Of a stretch of DNA of 64,000 nucleotides, positions 48,216 through 57,725 are shown piece after piece. The DNA is from a virus. Made by a program: the position numbers and the translations under genes. The DNA lies in IMG/VR virus record IMGVR_UViG_3300037587_000516, positions 23,127 through 87,126 of that record; one strand, 5' to 3'. The notes below the pieces were generated by a model. It did not search any database and had not been told where the DNA came from. It saw nothing but the letters and a program-made list of their open reading frames with translations. How positions within the stretch are numbered: position 1 is the first letter of the stretch; each line of letters opens with the position of its first letter.

Positions 48216-49463
48216 TTAGGCTACGGGCACGCTGAGGTCATCTATGACCGAATTCCGTCCAGGAGCAGTACAAAACAACGCCTGATCAGTATAAGCACGA
48301 AGCTCATATCCGTTAGAATCGTTAAGTAGTCTGAAGAACTCGCCTTCAAAGCCAGGTTGCTTGAACGTGATGTCAGATGATCCGACTCTCATGAATTCGT
48401 CCATGCAGAGAACATAGGCACTACCCGCCTTAACGTAGATAGAAGAAACTATCTTGATTGCTCCATTTTGAGAATAGAACATGATTTCTTTGTGACCAGC
48501 GGTCGCTTTAGAATCAGAATAAGAACTGTCATACATACGCTTAGCATCTTGCTCAGCCAAAAGAACGTCGAACTGAAGTGGGTTAATTAAAACCATAACT
48601 TCTTGGTCGCCAAGTCCTTTTTCAACTAAACGAGTGATTGCTCGTGTAATTACCGCAAAACTAAGAGCACGAGGTGTTCCGCCGTTTGCTGACACGTTAC
48701 CCTGCCATAGGTTGAAAGAAGAAGCAGAAATGTTAAATAGAGTTCCAGTATTACGGATGATGCTATCAACTCCGTCAAACTCATTACCATTTGCGCCCTT
48801 GTAGAAGATTACATCTCCGTCTAGAACAACACCATCAGCACCAACTGTCAAAGTGATTGATCTGTCGTCGAAACTTACAGAAGCAATCTCAAGGTTAGCA
48901 ACACGTAGAGATGTAAGATCTGATTGGTAGATATCAACTAACATAGTTTCAGCACCAGACCAGATACCAGGAGCCCAAGTAGCGTCAGTAATGTCAATTA
49001 TCTCGTCACCAGAAACGTTTCCGTCAACAGTTCCGTTTCCACGCTTTCCATAAAGCAATTGAACTTCCATTCGTCTAGCAATCGAACGCAACATGTTAGC
49101 AACAAGGTGCTTAGTTGCCTTCTCAAAAGAGGCGTTAGAGTTCAATGATCTAGAAGCGGCACCAACAGAAAGAACAGAACGAAGGATCATTTCAAATCCC
49201 TGTACTTGTGCATCTTTCATTTGACCGGCAATAGAGCTATTCAACGCAAAAGCGTCGCCATTTGGTCCACCATAAGTGATACCGTGCTCTAAACCAAGTA
49301 CAACTGGTTGATGGTAAAGATTACCCAGTGCTTTGGATTCCTTATTAAAAGGGATCATGTTATAAAGTTTTACTCCGTCAGGAATAAGATTTTCGATTTT
49401 ATCCGCATAGACTTCTTTGAACATTCCGTTCAGTGTGTCTATCGTATTTGCAGTTTGACTCAT
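48216..49463 (-). CDS. major capsid protein
   Basis: 415 aa; L.GMFKEVY start, C.APGRN end typical of this capsid class; downstream of scaffold and followed by terminator. Confidence 0.8.
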   Translation of the reverse strand: MSQTANTIDTLNGMFKEVYADKIENLIPDGVKLYNMIPFNKESKALGNLYHQPVVLGLEHGITYGGPNGDAFALNSSIAGQMKDAQVQGFEMILRSVLSVGAASRSLNSNASFEKATKHLVANMLRSIARRMEVQLLYGKRGNGTVDGNVSGDEIIDITDATWAPGIWSGAETMLVDIYQSDLTSLRVANLEIASVSFDDRSITLTVGADGVVLDGDVIFYKGANGNEFDGVDSIIRNTGTLFNISASSFNLWQGNVSANGGTPRALSFAVITRAITRLVEKGLGDQEVMVLINPLQFDVLLAEQDAKRMYDSSYSDSKATAGHKEIMFYSQNGAIKIVSSIYVKAGSAYVLCMDEFMRVGSSDITFKQPGFEGEFFRLLNDSNGYELRAYTDQALFCTAPGRNSVIDDLSVPVA

Positions 49464-49476
49464 TTAGAATCTCCTA

Positions 49477-49890
49477 TTAAAAGTCTTTAGCTTTTATTGG
49501 TAAACAGATTGCGACTTGTGCGCCAGTGATTGAATCTGTGGTTAAGTTCAGTGCAGCAGCTGCGGCGATGTTTACATCGACAGTTACTACTCGTGACCCT
49601 GCTGTTCCGCTTATAACTGCGTCTTTAATCCAAATATCGGACTCTTCTGCGGTTGCGACAACTCCAAGTGCCATGAATGTGATACCAGCTCCCCGATCTG
49701 AATCTAAAGCTACATCAGCAGCTGCTTCAAAACCTGAAAGTACGAATCCTGTAGCAGTTCCTACTACGGTTAGTCCCGGTATATCGATAGTGGAATCAGT
49801 TGCTCCATCTAATGTTACTAAAGCAGTTGTTTGGTACGTGCTTAGCTCTCTATCGTGTAATTGGGGACTTTTTACGACAACTTCTGCCAT
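49477..49890 (-). CDS. putative head decoration/structural protein
   Basis: Ala/Thr/Val-rich, co-transcribed upstream of capsid gene, AGGAG SD. Confidence 0.6.
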   Translation of the reverse strand: MAEVVVKSPQLHDRELSTYQTTALVTLDGATDSTIDIPGLTVVGTATGFVLSGFEAAADVALDSDRGAGITFMALGVVATAEESDIWIKDAVISGTAGSRVVTVDVNIAAAAALNLTTDSITGAQVAICLPIKAKDF

Positions 49891-50027
49891 AATTATTTCT
49901 CCTGTGATTAGTTAAAAATATAAAATACATTATACATCTACTACTTTTCCACAGTGCTGGTATCTCTAAATCCTAGAAGGGTATTAGAGAGCCATATTGC
50001 TTACTGACCAATAAATAGAATAATCTC

Positions 50028-50042
50028 TATATTTAGTTGTTA
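50028..50042 (-). promoter_or_regulatory. TAACAACT motif (candidate late promoter of capsid operon)
   Basis: TAACAACTAAATATA, identical to 48107 and 61634 sites. Confidence 0.7.
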
Positions 50043-50071
50043 AAACTACTTGACAAATTATAAAAAATGTG

Positions 50072-51043
50072 CTATTTAATACCATTCTTCATAAAATCTC
50101 GTAAACTTTGCTTCTTTGTTGGGGCCATAACTTCTTCCTTTTTGCCAGTATCTCTTACCTTATTCAGGTTAGCAGGCATCTTGCTAAGTCGTTGTTTTCT
50201 AAGGCGATCTGTGATTTGCTTGCCCATAAACTCTTCTAAAAACTTATCTGGCATTTGCTCCATAAACTCTCTCATTTCAGAGTGAATTTCTTTTTCAACA
50301 GTTGGCATAACATCCTTAGCTGTGGCGTTTTCAAACCCATTATCAATGGCAAACATCAGTGCATCAGCAACTCTTTTCATTACATACGGAGCCTTTGGAA
50401 GCTGAGATGTTGATGATATTGCCTCAGTAATTTCAACCTTTAGGTCACTTTCTGCCTGTTTTTGTAGTACTTGGAAGTCAGATGTTTGTTTATCTTCGTC
50501 CTGTTTCTTGAGTTTGGCCCGAAGTGCTTCAAGTTCACGACTCTGATCTTCTCTCTCGATTTGCTCTGGGCTCTTCTGAAGCTGCTCTATCTGCTGTTGG
50601 ATTCTGGCCTCAGCCATCTCATCTGGGTCCATGCCCATCTCAGCCATAACTCCCCATGGATCATCCACAAGTCTCTGTGCTTCGCTGTTGAACAACTTCT
50701 CCATTTCTGCGGACTTGTGCATAGCACTTTGTCCAGCCTCAGCCATTTGAAGTCTTCGTATAATATCAGCTTCGTTGCTAAAATCTAGCTCAACATCCTT
50801 ATCTTCGCCGTTTACTTTGATTTTGTATGTTCTTATTAGGCTTTTGATTTCTGCATCAGATGCACCAGCCTCAACAGCCTCTTCAATTACCTCAGCAACT
50901 TCGTCTATTTGGTCGGCACTTAATTCGCCGCCCTCTCCACCAGCAGCTTCTACAACTACTGCCTCTACATCACCAGAGCCAATCTCTGTTGATACTTCTT
51001 CACTTGATACTTCAGCCGCAGCTGATCCGTCTTCTGTAGACAT
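50072..51043 (-). CDS. capsid scaffolding protein
   Basis: Acidic helical protein with YKIKVNGE motif between portal and capsid. Confidence 0.75.
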   Translation of the reverse strand: MSTEDGSAAAEVSSEEVSTEIGSGDVEAVVVEAAGGEGGELSADQIDEVAEVIEEAVEAGASDAEIKSLIRTYKIKVNGEDKDVELDFSNEADIIRRLQMAEAGQSAMHKSAEMEKLFNSEAQRLVDDPWGVMAEMGMDPDEMAEARIQQQIEQLQKSPEQIEREDQSRELEALRAKLKKQDEDKQTSDFQVLQKQAESDLKVEITEAISSTSQLPKAPYVMKRVADALMFAIDNGFENATAKDVMPTVEKEIHSEMREFMEQMPDKFLEEFMGKQITDRLRKQRLSKMPANLNKVRDTGKKEEVMAPTKKQSLRDFMKNGIK

Positions 51044-51056
51044 TTTATTCTCCTGT

Positions 51057-51110
51057 CGTCCGTCTTATGATGGGACGTTAGTTAACCGCCTGATTATTCA
51101 GGTAGGTTTA
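51057..51110 (-). repeat. twin-hairpin RNA element copy A (upstream of scaffold SD)
   Basis: TAAACCTACCTGA-ATAA-TCAGGCGGTTAACTAA-CGTCCCATC-ATAA-GACGGACG then AGGAG. Confidence 0.75.
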
Positions 51111-51428
51111 AGGTCTTGCAAAATACGATAATTCAGCCTGTTCGTCTTTACTAATCGTATCTATATTATTAATAATTTTTTGTAATTGAAGCAGTCGTTG
51201 TTTGTATACATCAACCTTATCATTCAGTCTTGTAATAGTTTGTTCTTGGTTTGCGTTCTTATTTTTTAGTAAAAACAGTTCGGCAGAGTTTTCTTGTTTA
51301 AAAGTATCTAATCTCATCCGCAACGCTATTGATAATGATGCAACAAAATCATCAACATCATTCAACTCTTCTTCTTTCTGGGAAGTTTGTTTTTCAAACT
51401 CTTTTATTGTTATCTTTTCGTCTTTCAT
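51108..51428 (-). CDS. coiled-coil hypothetical protein
   Basis: GAGG SD. Confidence 0.65.
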   Translation of the reverse strand: MKDEKITIKEFEKQTSQKEEELNDVDDFVASLSIALRMRLDTFKQENSAELFLLKNKNANQEQTITRLNDKVDVYKQRLLQLQKIINNIDTISKDEQAELSYFARP

Positions 51429-51439
51429 TTATTTCCTCG

Positions 51440-51491
51440 TATCCGTCTTATGATAGGATATTAGTTAACCATCCATTATTGGGTAGGTTTA
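51440..51491 (-). repeat. twin-hairpin RNA element copy B
   Basis: TAAACCTACCCA-ATAA-TGGATGGTTAACTAA-TATCCTATC-ATAA-GACGGATA then GAGG. Confidence 0.75.
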
Positions 51492-51499
51492 TTAAATGT

Positions 51500-51694
51500 T
51501 TATTTACCTTTTCTTAATTTCTTTAGTGCATCATACCTTGCATTCTCTGCTAATTGTTCTTTAGTGGGACCACATGCAACCCCACCATCCTTAAATACGT
51601 GTCGATTTGGAGTTCCCTTTGTGCCGGTTCCGCCAACAGCTTCTCCTCCACCAATAGTTCCACCATATCTATATTTATCCTTTTTAGATGACAT
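51500..51694 (-). CDS. small Gly-rich basic protein
   Basis: TAATG overlap; YRYGGTI and FKDGGV motifs. Confidence 0.6.
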   Translation of the reverse strand: MSSKKDKYRYGGTIGGGEAVGGTGTKGTPNRHVFKDGGVACGPTKEQLAENARYDALKKLRKGK

Positions 51695-52005
51695 TAGACC
51701 CCCTTCTTATAGCTACAGTTAACGCCAGTAACCCTGTTAGAATTATCCCGGATCTCTTTACTAAAAGAAACCCCGAGTTTCTCTAACCTCGTCTTAACGT
51801 GTCGTTTTAGTACGTGAATGTTATTAACTCCTTCACCACCAGTATACTTTCTACCACTATTAAGATTCTTAATTGTGTATTCACAAGCAACAGTGTCTAA
51901 TTGTATTTGGTACTTTGCATCCGTGGATTCGCTCTTAATATCACGAACCGACTGCATAATTCCATCATTCTTTGTTTTCTGATACCGTATTCTTGACTTA
52001 GCCAC
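51694..52005 (-). CDS. basic hypothetical protein
   Basis: GTG 52005 (MAKSRIRYQKT) with GGGAG SD right after the portal stop. Confidence 0.65.
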   Translation of the reverse strand: MAKSRIRYQKTKNDGIMQSVRDIKSESTDAKYQIQLDTVACEYTIKNLNSGRKYTGGEGVNNIHVLKRHVKTRLEKLGVSFSKEIRDNSNRVTGVNCSYKKGV

Positions 52006-52006
52006 A

Positions 52007-54091
52007 TTAAACTCCCGTTTCCGTTGCTGACGTTGGTTTTCCATCTGGCGACTGAGCTGGCTGTGGTTGGCTAGGGAGAATCGCACCTTGTGTTTGCGAC
52101 ATACCTGCCTCCGGCGTTGGAGCCGACGGTACACTACCGGGACCGGCAGGACCAGCAGCATCAGGAGCAGCGTTCTCAGGGCTTATCGCAGACCCAGCAG
52201 GAGGTCCTAATGGTTGTTGACCAAGCATTGCTAGTAAGTTAGGATCAGTTTCTTGAAGTAACTTAATATGTTCTTGTATGTGCCCCAATACTCTTTCCGA
52301 AAGAACCTCATCCAATCTCAACTGGGGATCGGCTAGTACGTTACTATGTTCTTTAATGTGTAACGAGTGATTATCAGTTGCAATTGCTACCACCTTGGTT
52401 TTTCCGTCAGCAAGACTTTCGTTTTCCGACTTAATTAGTTCAACCTGACCACTAATCCCTTCGGTTAGTGACTCTAATCTACCAGTCTCCATAACTGAAA
52501 TATACTGCTCTGGAGACAGCTTGTCGCCATACATCTGTAACATTTGCTCAGCCATTTGAACTTTACCGGCAGTAGTATTAGATAAGGCGTTCCCCGCAGA
52601 AACAATAACTCTATTTACCGTGTCAAGATCGTCACCAGTAAACTCTCTCATTTCTGATCGGTTGTTCTGCCCAGCAATTGCCGCAATTCTTGGAACAGAC
52701 CCAAAATCTTTTAGCATATTAATTAAGCCGGTTCCGACATCTTCAATTAGTTGTATGTATTGTTGTTGAAGTCCCGACATAAATTCCAATGCTTGGGACT
52801 GAACTAGAGCTAATGCTGTACCAGACTTTAAGCTGGCTTCTGGATTACCACGAGCAACTGAGTTAACTCCTGAGATAGTCTCCATTACTTGCTCTAGTTG
52901 TTTCATGAAGTTAAATATTTCAGCAGGAGTTTGTGTAAGGTTTAGTGGCTCTGGCTTACCCGCTTGAGCATTTCCTTCAATTACATTCAATCCACCACCA
53001 AGTTGATTAACGTTTATGTCAACTCCGCGAGGAACCCAAATGTTTTGAACACCAAATGCATTTTGATTTGTAAGTGCTGTTGAATATAAGCTATTTACCG
53101 CATCTTGTATTGGAAGAATGTCGAACATATTAGTATAGCCATATGCCGTTCCTAAGATATCAGATGGCGTAATTCTATAGACAGGAAGATCTCTATAAGG
53201 CATTGGGGAATCCGACAATACTATATCATCATCTAGATACAAAAGATATCTTCCGTTAGGCATGGACTCTGATCGTTTGTGGTAGAATTCGTAGACAGGT
53301 ATATCTACTGTTTTATCGTAACTTGAGCCAACTAGTTTAAATTTGGACATATCGCTCTTTGTACTTAGCCCTTTTATCTCTTTAGCAAGTTCTGGGTATT
53401 TTGCTGCTACGTCAAATTTATTTTTCCAGCTTCTTGTAATTACCCAATCGAGTTCTTTCGCATCTTCTTTTGTGCTGTCAAATACAACATCAAAGACACT
53501 TAGGTTAGTGAACTTAACGTCACCTTCTCTTATTTCTGTATTAGTTTCCTCGTTGTAATCATAGACTTCACCTGCCATAGAGTTCCACTCCATTTTGATG
53601 AATCCTGATCCCATTGCAATTGCTTGCTCTGTTGCATTACGAAAATACTTCTCTAACTTCTTTTCGCGCATGTAATAATCAAGAAGTCCGTTAGCTAGTC
53701 TTGTTTGTACTAAAGACTTATAGTCTGAATTTGTAGACCTAGCACTAAAGCTAGGCCTATTGGCTGTGACCATAACCAAAATATGTTCTGCTATGTTTCT
53801 GAAGTGATTAATTGGCAAATGTGTTAATTCGCCCTGCTCACCTCCAAAGGTTATTGAATGTCCGCCGCCAATGTCGTCAAAATATGCGCCATAGTATGCC
53901 AACCAGCAACGTTTTACTTTGTCGAGATAGTTATTATTTGTTAGCGTTTGAAACCAATCGTCAGCTCGCCTTCGCAAAACTGCAACCGCTTCATCCGCAG
54001 GTTTTTGTGCAAAATATTCGTTTTCAAAGCCGACTTCATTATTAGTGCTTGCACTAGATGAAGATCCACCCCGTCCGCCTGCATATGTCAT
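52007..54091 (-). CDS. portal protein (podovirus-type)
   Basis: 694 aa after terminase; LPINHFRN, ISGVNSVARG, SGTAL motifs, Pro/Gln-rich tail. Confidence 0.85.
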   Translation of the reverse strand: MTYAGGRGGSSSSASTNNEVGFENEYFAQKPADEAVAVLRRRADDWFQTLTNNNYLDKVKRCWLAYYGAYFDDIGGGHSITFGGEQGELTHLPINHFRNIAEHILVMVTANRPSFSARSTNSDYKSLVQTRLANGLLDYYMREKKLEKYFRNATEQAIAMGSGFIKMEWNSMAGEVYDYNEETNTEIREGDVKFTNLSVFDVVFDSTKEDAKELDWVITRSWKNKFDVAAKYPELAKEIKGLSTKSDMSKFKLVGSSYDKTVDIPVYEFYHKRSESMPNGRYLLYLDDDIVLSDSPMPYRDLPVYRITPSDILGTAYGYTNMFDILPIQDAVNSLYSTALTNQNAFGVQNIWVPRGVDINVNQLGGGLNVIEGNAQAGKPEPLNLTQTPAEIFNFMKQLEQVMETISGVNSVARGNPEASLKSGTALALVQSQALEFMSGLQQQYIQLIEDVGTGLINMLKDFGSVPRIAAIAGQNNRSEMREFTGDDLDTVNRVIVSAGNALSNTTAGKVQMAEQMLQMYGDKLSPEQYISVMETGRLESLTEGISGQVELIKSENESLADGKTKVVAIATDNHSLHIKEHSNVLADPQLRLDEVLSERVLGHIQEHIKLLQETDPNLLAMLGQQPLGPPAGSAISPENAAPDAAGPAGPGSVPSAPTPEAGMSQTQGAILPSQPQPAQSPDGKPTSATETGV

Positions 54092-54102
54092 ATTACTACC
54101 TC

Positions 54103-54117
54103 TGTATTAAGTTGTTA
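54103..54117 (-). promoter_or_regulatory. TAACAACT motif (candidate late promoter) before portal
   Basis: TAACAACTTAATACA, overlapping terminase TAA stop. Confidence 0.65.
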
Positions 54118-55566
54118 ATTCTTTATATTTAAAATTTTCTTTACAACGGATGCTAGTCCGCCGCCATCTTCTTGGGCCAATTGTGATTGAAAGATATTAT
54201 CTCCCATTGCCATACCCCAGTTCTTTGGGTATGGGTTTTTAGACCTCACTAAGTTTCTGACTAAATAAATCAGGGCATCAAGGGCGTCTGCATGCCCTCC
54301 CTCAACTTTAAAGTCAGGAGTGTCTGGTAATCTAGTAAATGCTTTGTGGTTTTTATCCCACATGCAATTCTCTATATGGTATATAAGATGGACACATTTT
54401 GGATTTATTATAATTTGTTTATTTCCAACCATCATTCTCACTTGGTTTATCTGAGCCTCTTTATTGTCTTTTGCGGTTGCAATAAAAGTAAGGTTGTGTG
54501 ACACTATCAAATCGTTCATCATTATCAAATTATTATCCATAACCCTCATATAAGTAGGTTTTGCTTCATTTGTAACTTTATCATAAAAATTAAGAAGCTC
54601 TTTTTCTCTAATACCATTAGCAACTGCTTCAGTCGTCATGCCGCTTAACACTAATTCATCTTCAATTACTAAAGTGGCTTTCGCAAAGTCCCAATACGCA
54701 AATAGATAAACAGTTAAATCTTTAAACCCAACATCACCAGAAGTATATGTGTCAAAGAATCTTGGCCTCTCCCACTCTCTAACTATAGCCTCTTTGTTTT
54801 TTCCAAACTCAGGAATAACAACAGCATCATCATCGTTTACAATCTCACACATATACTCACGTTTAAATTGCGGATCATCGAACCCAGATGGGAATCGAGC
54901 AGCAATTTGCTCAATCTTAGCATCAGACATAGATGGGTTATCATATATAGTTAGCTTTAGTAGAGTCCCGGCAGCTTCTGCTGGCCTTACGAACTTTAGT
55001 ATGAAGTCATGCTGGGATGTTTTAGATGGCGTTGAGATAAGAATCACCTTGCCGTCAGTTGTATCAGTAGTTGGAGCCAGTATTGAGTTCACCACATATT
55101 CTAAGTGATCACAGAAACCAGCTTCGTCAACGATACAAAGATCCGCGCTTCCTCCTCGTAAGGCTTCGTGCGACCCATTATCTGTTCCAGCAAATTGAAT
55201 TTGAGATCCGTTTGGAAAAACGTACATCTTATCATTCTCTTTAAACTCTGGTTGCATGTCTGGAGGACAGTCTGCAATTATTGTTTTCATATTCGGCAGC
55301 ACAATTGTCTTCACCATCTTTAATCGAGGACAAATGTACTTTACAATTGCATCAGGCTTAGTCATACAAAGCTCTACCGCCTGAACTAAAAGCTCATAAG
55401 ACTTTCCTTGTCGTCGAGAAGCCAGTATTGTAATAATGTCCCGGCCATCTTTGTATATGAAGTCCCGGATTAGTTTCTGGTTATCCCGTCGTTTATAATC
55501 AAGAGCACCACGACGCCATAATTCTCGTATGGCCTGTTTGCGTTCAATGTCAACCTTTGCTCCCAT
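54115..55566 (-). CDS. terL: terminase large subunit
   Basis: ASRRQGKS Walker A, LRGGSADLCIVDEAG Walker B, ISTP, FKREYMC, SGDVG and HADALDAL nuclease motifs. Confidence 0.92.
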   Translation of the reverse strand: MGAKVDIERKQAIRELWRRGALDYKRRDNQKLIRDFIYKDGRDIITILASRRQGKSYELLVQAVELCMTKPDAIVKYICPRLKMVKTIVLPNMKTIIADCPPDMQPEFKENDKMYVFPNGSQIQFAGTDNGSHEALRGGSADLCIVDEAGFCDHLEYVVNSILAPTTDTTDGKVILISTPSKTSQHDFILKFVRPAEAAGTLLKLTIYDNPSMSDAKIEQIAARFPSGFDDPQFKREYMCEIVNDDDAVVIPEFGKNKEAIVREWERPRFFDTYTSGDVGFKDLTVYLFAYWDFAKATLVIEDELVLSGMTTEAVANGIREKELLNFYDKVTNEAKPTYMRVMDNNLIMMNDLIVSHNLTFIATAKDNKEAQINQVRMMVGNKQIIINPKCVHLIYHIENCMWDKNHKAFTRLPDTPDFKVEGGHADALDALIYLVRNLVRSKNPYPKNWGMAMGDNIFQSQLAQEDGGGLASVVKKILNIKN

Positions 55567-55568
55567 TC

Positions 55569-55934
55569 TTACCCTTTAACCAATTTCTCTAGATCTTTAT
55601 CGGACAGCTTCTTAGTTTTATTCTGTGCACCAACTCGAATATTCTCTCCACGGGCTAATTTAAGATTCTTATGTAGAACGTCTAGGTTCTTTACCTCGTC
55701 GTTGGACAATTCTCGACCATCTGAGGCTTGTCTAAGTCTATTTATCTGGGTTACGCATATACTTTCCTCGTCACTAACCATACTGGGATCAGCACCTTCG
55801 TCAATCTCTTTTAATAGTATCTGGTATTTAGTTAGTTGGTTTGTAAGTTTCTGGACTTCGTTCCGAAGGGCTTTTATCTCCAGCTCCTTCTCCATGTCTA
55901 GTATTTTACCTTCCCCATTTGAATTCATCACCAC
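55569..55934 (-). CDS. helical protein, candidate terminase small subunit
   Basis: Immediately upstream of terL; assignment by position only. Confidence 0.5.
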   Translation of the reverse strand: MVMNSNGEGKILDMEKELEIKALRNEVQKLTNQLTKYQILLKEIDEGADPSMVSDEESICVTQINRLRQASDGRELSNDEVKNLDVLHKNLKLARGENIRVGAQNKTKKLSDKDLEKLVKG

Positions 55935-56253
55935 TCCCAGTTTTTTTGTTTGTCATAGCAAGGTTCAAAGTTGATACCTTGGTTTCAAAGTCTACCATCC
56001 TAGCAACTTGAAGCTTGTCCAGAGCTTCTATCTTAGAAACCATCTCTTCTTGGAGTTTAACAAACTTGTCAGATACTTCTTGACTAAAGTCAGGTTTCTT
56101 GATATGATCTAGATACAGCTTAAAACCAAACAATACGGAGATGGCAACAATTGCAACTGCGTCAAATATAGAGGCGGGTTGGACAAGAGTCTTCCCAATA
56201 CTCAAAATCAATAGTAAAAACGGCAGATTGTTTTGTTTTAGCATATTTTTCAC
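55906..56253 (-). CDS. two-TM membrane protein with coiled-coil tail
   Basis: Two hydrophobic segments; GGAG SD; first gene of late block. Confidence 0.6.
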   Translation of the reverse strand: MKNMLKQNNLPFLLLILSIGKTLVQPASIFDAVAIVAISVLFGFKLYLDHIKKPDFSQEVSDKFVKLQEEMVSKIEALDKLQVARMVDFETKVSTLNLAMTNKKTGSGDEFKWGR

Positions 56254-56283
56254 TTGCTTTTCTCCGGGGTGTGTGTTATGATA

Positions 56284-56298
56284 TATACTAAGTTGTTA
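56284..56298 (-). promoter_or_regulatory. TAACAACT motif (candidate late promoter) at head of virion module
   Basis: TAACAACTTAGTATA. Confidence 0.65.
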
Positions 56299-56316
56299 AA
56301 AACAGCAAGGAATCGT

Positions 56317-56577
56317 ATGAAAACAGAAGAACTTAATGAACTGCTCTATAATATACTGAATGTACAGGACAAAATAGAATTGCAAAATATAGTCCTTGGG
56401 CTAGAGAGCAAATTCATGAACGATGAGCTAAGTGATGAAGGTGCTGTTTCGATTCAAATGGCAACAAGTATAAAAAGTAACGAATTCGCCATTTTGGAGG
56501 TTTTGGATATGCTTAGTGAAATTGCCTTAGCGTCAGCTGGTGGAATAGAAGTCCCAGATAACGATAAGTTGCATTAG
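56317..56577 (+). CDS. hypothetical protein
   Basis: ATG 56317 (MKTEELNELL) with AAGGA SD. Confidence 0.6.
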   Translation: MKTEELNELLYNILNVQDKIELQNIVLGLESKFMNDELSDEGAVSIQMATSIKSNEFAILEVLDMLSEIALASAGGIEVPDNDKLH

Positions 56578-56862
56578 ATGAAAATATATAAAGGCGATCT
56601 TTTTGATAGACCAGACAACTTCACCGGAATTGTGATAACTTCACACAATAATGAGATTTGGTTTTTAAATGGTGAAGCACATAGAGTTGATGGACCTGCT
56701 TTTGTGGGACCACATGGAACGTATTGGTGTTTGTTTGGCTACACTGTAACGGAAGAAGAGCACAACAGAAGAACAGCGTGGACTAGAACAACGATAGGAA
56801 AACTGATCCTGAGCCAGCCCCATTTTGGGCTAGATTCTGAGGATGAGGGTGTAGCAAAATAA
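56578..56862 (+). CDS. HRVDGPA-repeat family protein, copy 13/15 (most divergent)
   Basis: MKIYKGD..RPDNFTGIV, HRVDGPA, RTTIGKLILSQPHF. Confidence 0.88.
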   Translation: MKIYKGDLFDRPDNFTGIVITSHNNEIWFLNGEAHRVDGPAFVGPHGTYWCLFGYTVTEEEHNRRTAWTRTTIGKLILSQPHFGLDSEDEGVAK

Positions 56863-56865
56863 AGC

Positions 56866-56894
56866 TTGACATTTCAGCTCGATTCTGCTATAGT
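56866..56894 (+). promoter_or_regulatory. sigma70-type promoter
   Basis: TTGACA-17-TATAGT with TG extension. Confidence 0.75.
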
Positions 56895-56987
56895 ATAGGA
56901 TGACAGATGAGCTTGTTCAACTGTAGAAAAATTAGTGACGGATGTCTAGCGAAGTCGGATACCCATGTGTCACCTGAGGAGAAACGT

Positions 56988-57380
56988 ATGAGTGTGTTTT
57001 CGTGGATAGGAGATCTGTTCGGCCCAATTTCAGAACTGGTAGACGAAGTTTATTTTTCCGGGGAAGAAGAAGCCCAAGCCAAAGCTAAGATGGCCGAGAT
57101 AAAGAGCAAGATGGCCCAGATCGAAGCCCAGGTCGCAACAAAGACGCTAGAATTTCAATCTGAGCTGGTTAAGGCAAATACTAAAATAGCCACAGCAGAG
57201 CAGGAGCATGGGAATTGGCTGAGCAAATCGTGGAGGCCAGTGTGCTCTTTGGGCAGCTTTACAATGCTGATGTTGATGGGAATCGGGTATATTCCCTTTA
57301 ATGAGTACTTGTCAGTAATGTTTGGATCGTTTCTTGGAATTCATGGCGGCGGTCGATCATACGAAAAGACGAAGAAATAG
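56988..57380 (+). CDS. 3TM-holin-like protein
   Basis: LVDE...S.EE, AE...NWLSKSWRP, TM helices, GGRSYEK. Confidence 0.75.
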   Translation: MSVFSWIGDLFGPISELVDEVYFSGEEEAQAKAKMAEIKSKMAQIEAQVATKTLEFQSELVKANTKIATAEQEHGNWLSKSWRPVCSLGSFTMLMLMGIGYIPFNEYLSVMFGSFLGIHGGGRSYEKTKK

Positions 57381-57404
57381 ACTAATATATAGAAAGGAAC
57401 TAGA

Positions 57405-57602
57405 ATGAGCAAAATAAAGAAAATACAAGAACTTAGGGTATTAAGTGCCCCGTGGGAAAACAACAAGATACTTTTGGACAAGCTTAACGAGGTCATTGAC
57501 GCCCTAAACTCCATATCTGAGCCGGAAGTAAAGAAAGCGCCGGTAGCAACAAAGCCGAAAAAGCCAAAGAAAGAGAAGCCCGTAGTCTCTAAAGAGGAGT
57601 AA
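57405..57602 (+). CDS. hypothetical protein
   Basis: AAGGA SD; DKLNEVIDALN motif. Confidence 0.65.
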   Translation: MSKIKKIQELRVLSAPWENNKILLDKLNEVIDALNSISEPEVKKAPVATKPKKPKKEKPVVSKEE

Positions 57603-57725
57603 GTGTATGAACCTATCCGGCCTGTTAGCCCAAGATCCAAGCTGGGCAAGCCCAGAGATGGTTATTCTGTTTGCTGTATTAATAGTTATGTGCGTAGTTA
57701 CCTCAGGAAAAGGGAGGAGAAAAGG

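Noticed and set aside
43070-48219. Long + strand ORFs (for example 43639, 46122, 46935, 47719) opposite structural genes
   Set aside because: Antisense shadows of Thr/Ala/Val-rich genes with no SD or recognisable motifs.
50050-50078. Antisense sigma70 promoter into the scaffold gene (TTGACA-17-TATTTA)
   Set aside because: The -10 box lacks the conserved final T and the region is very AT-rich; too weak to call.
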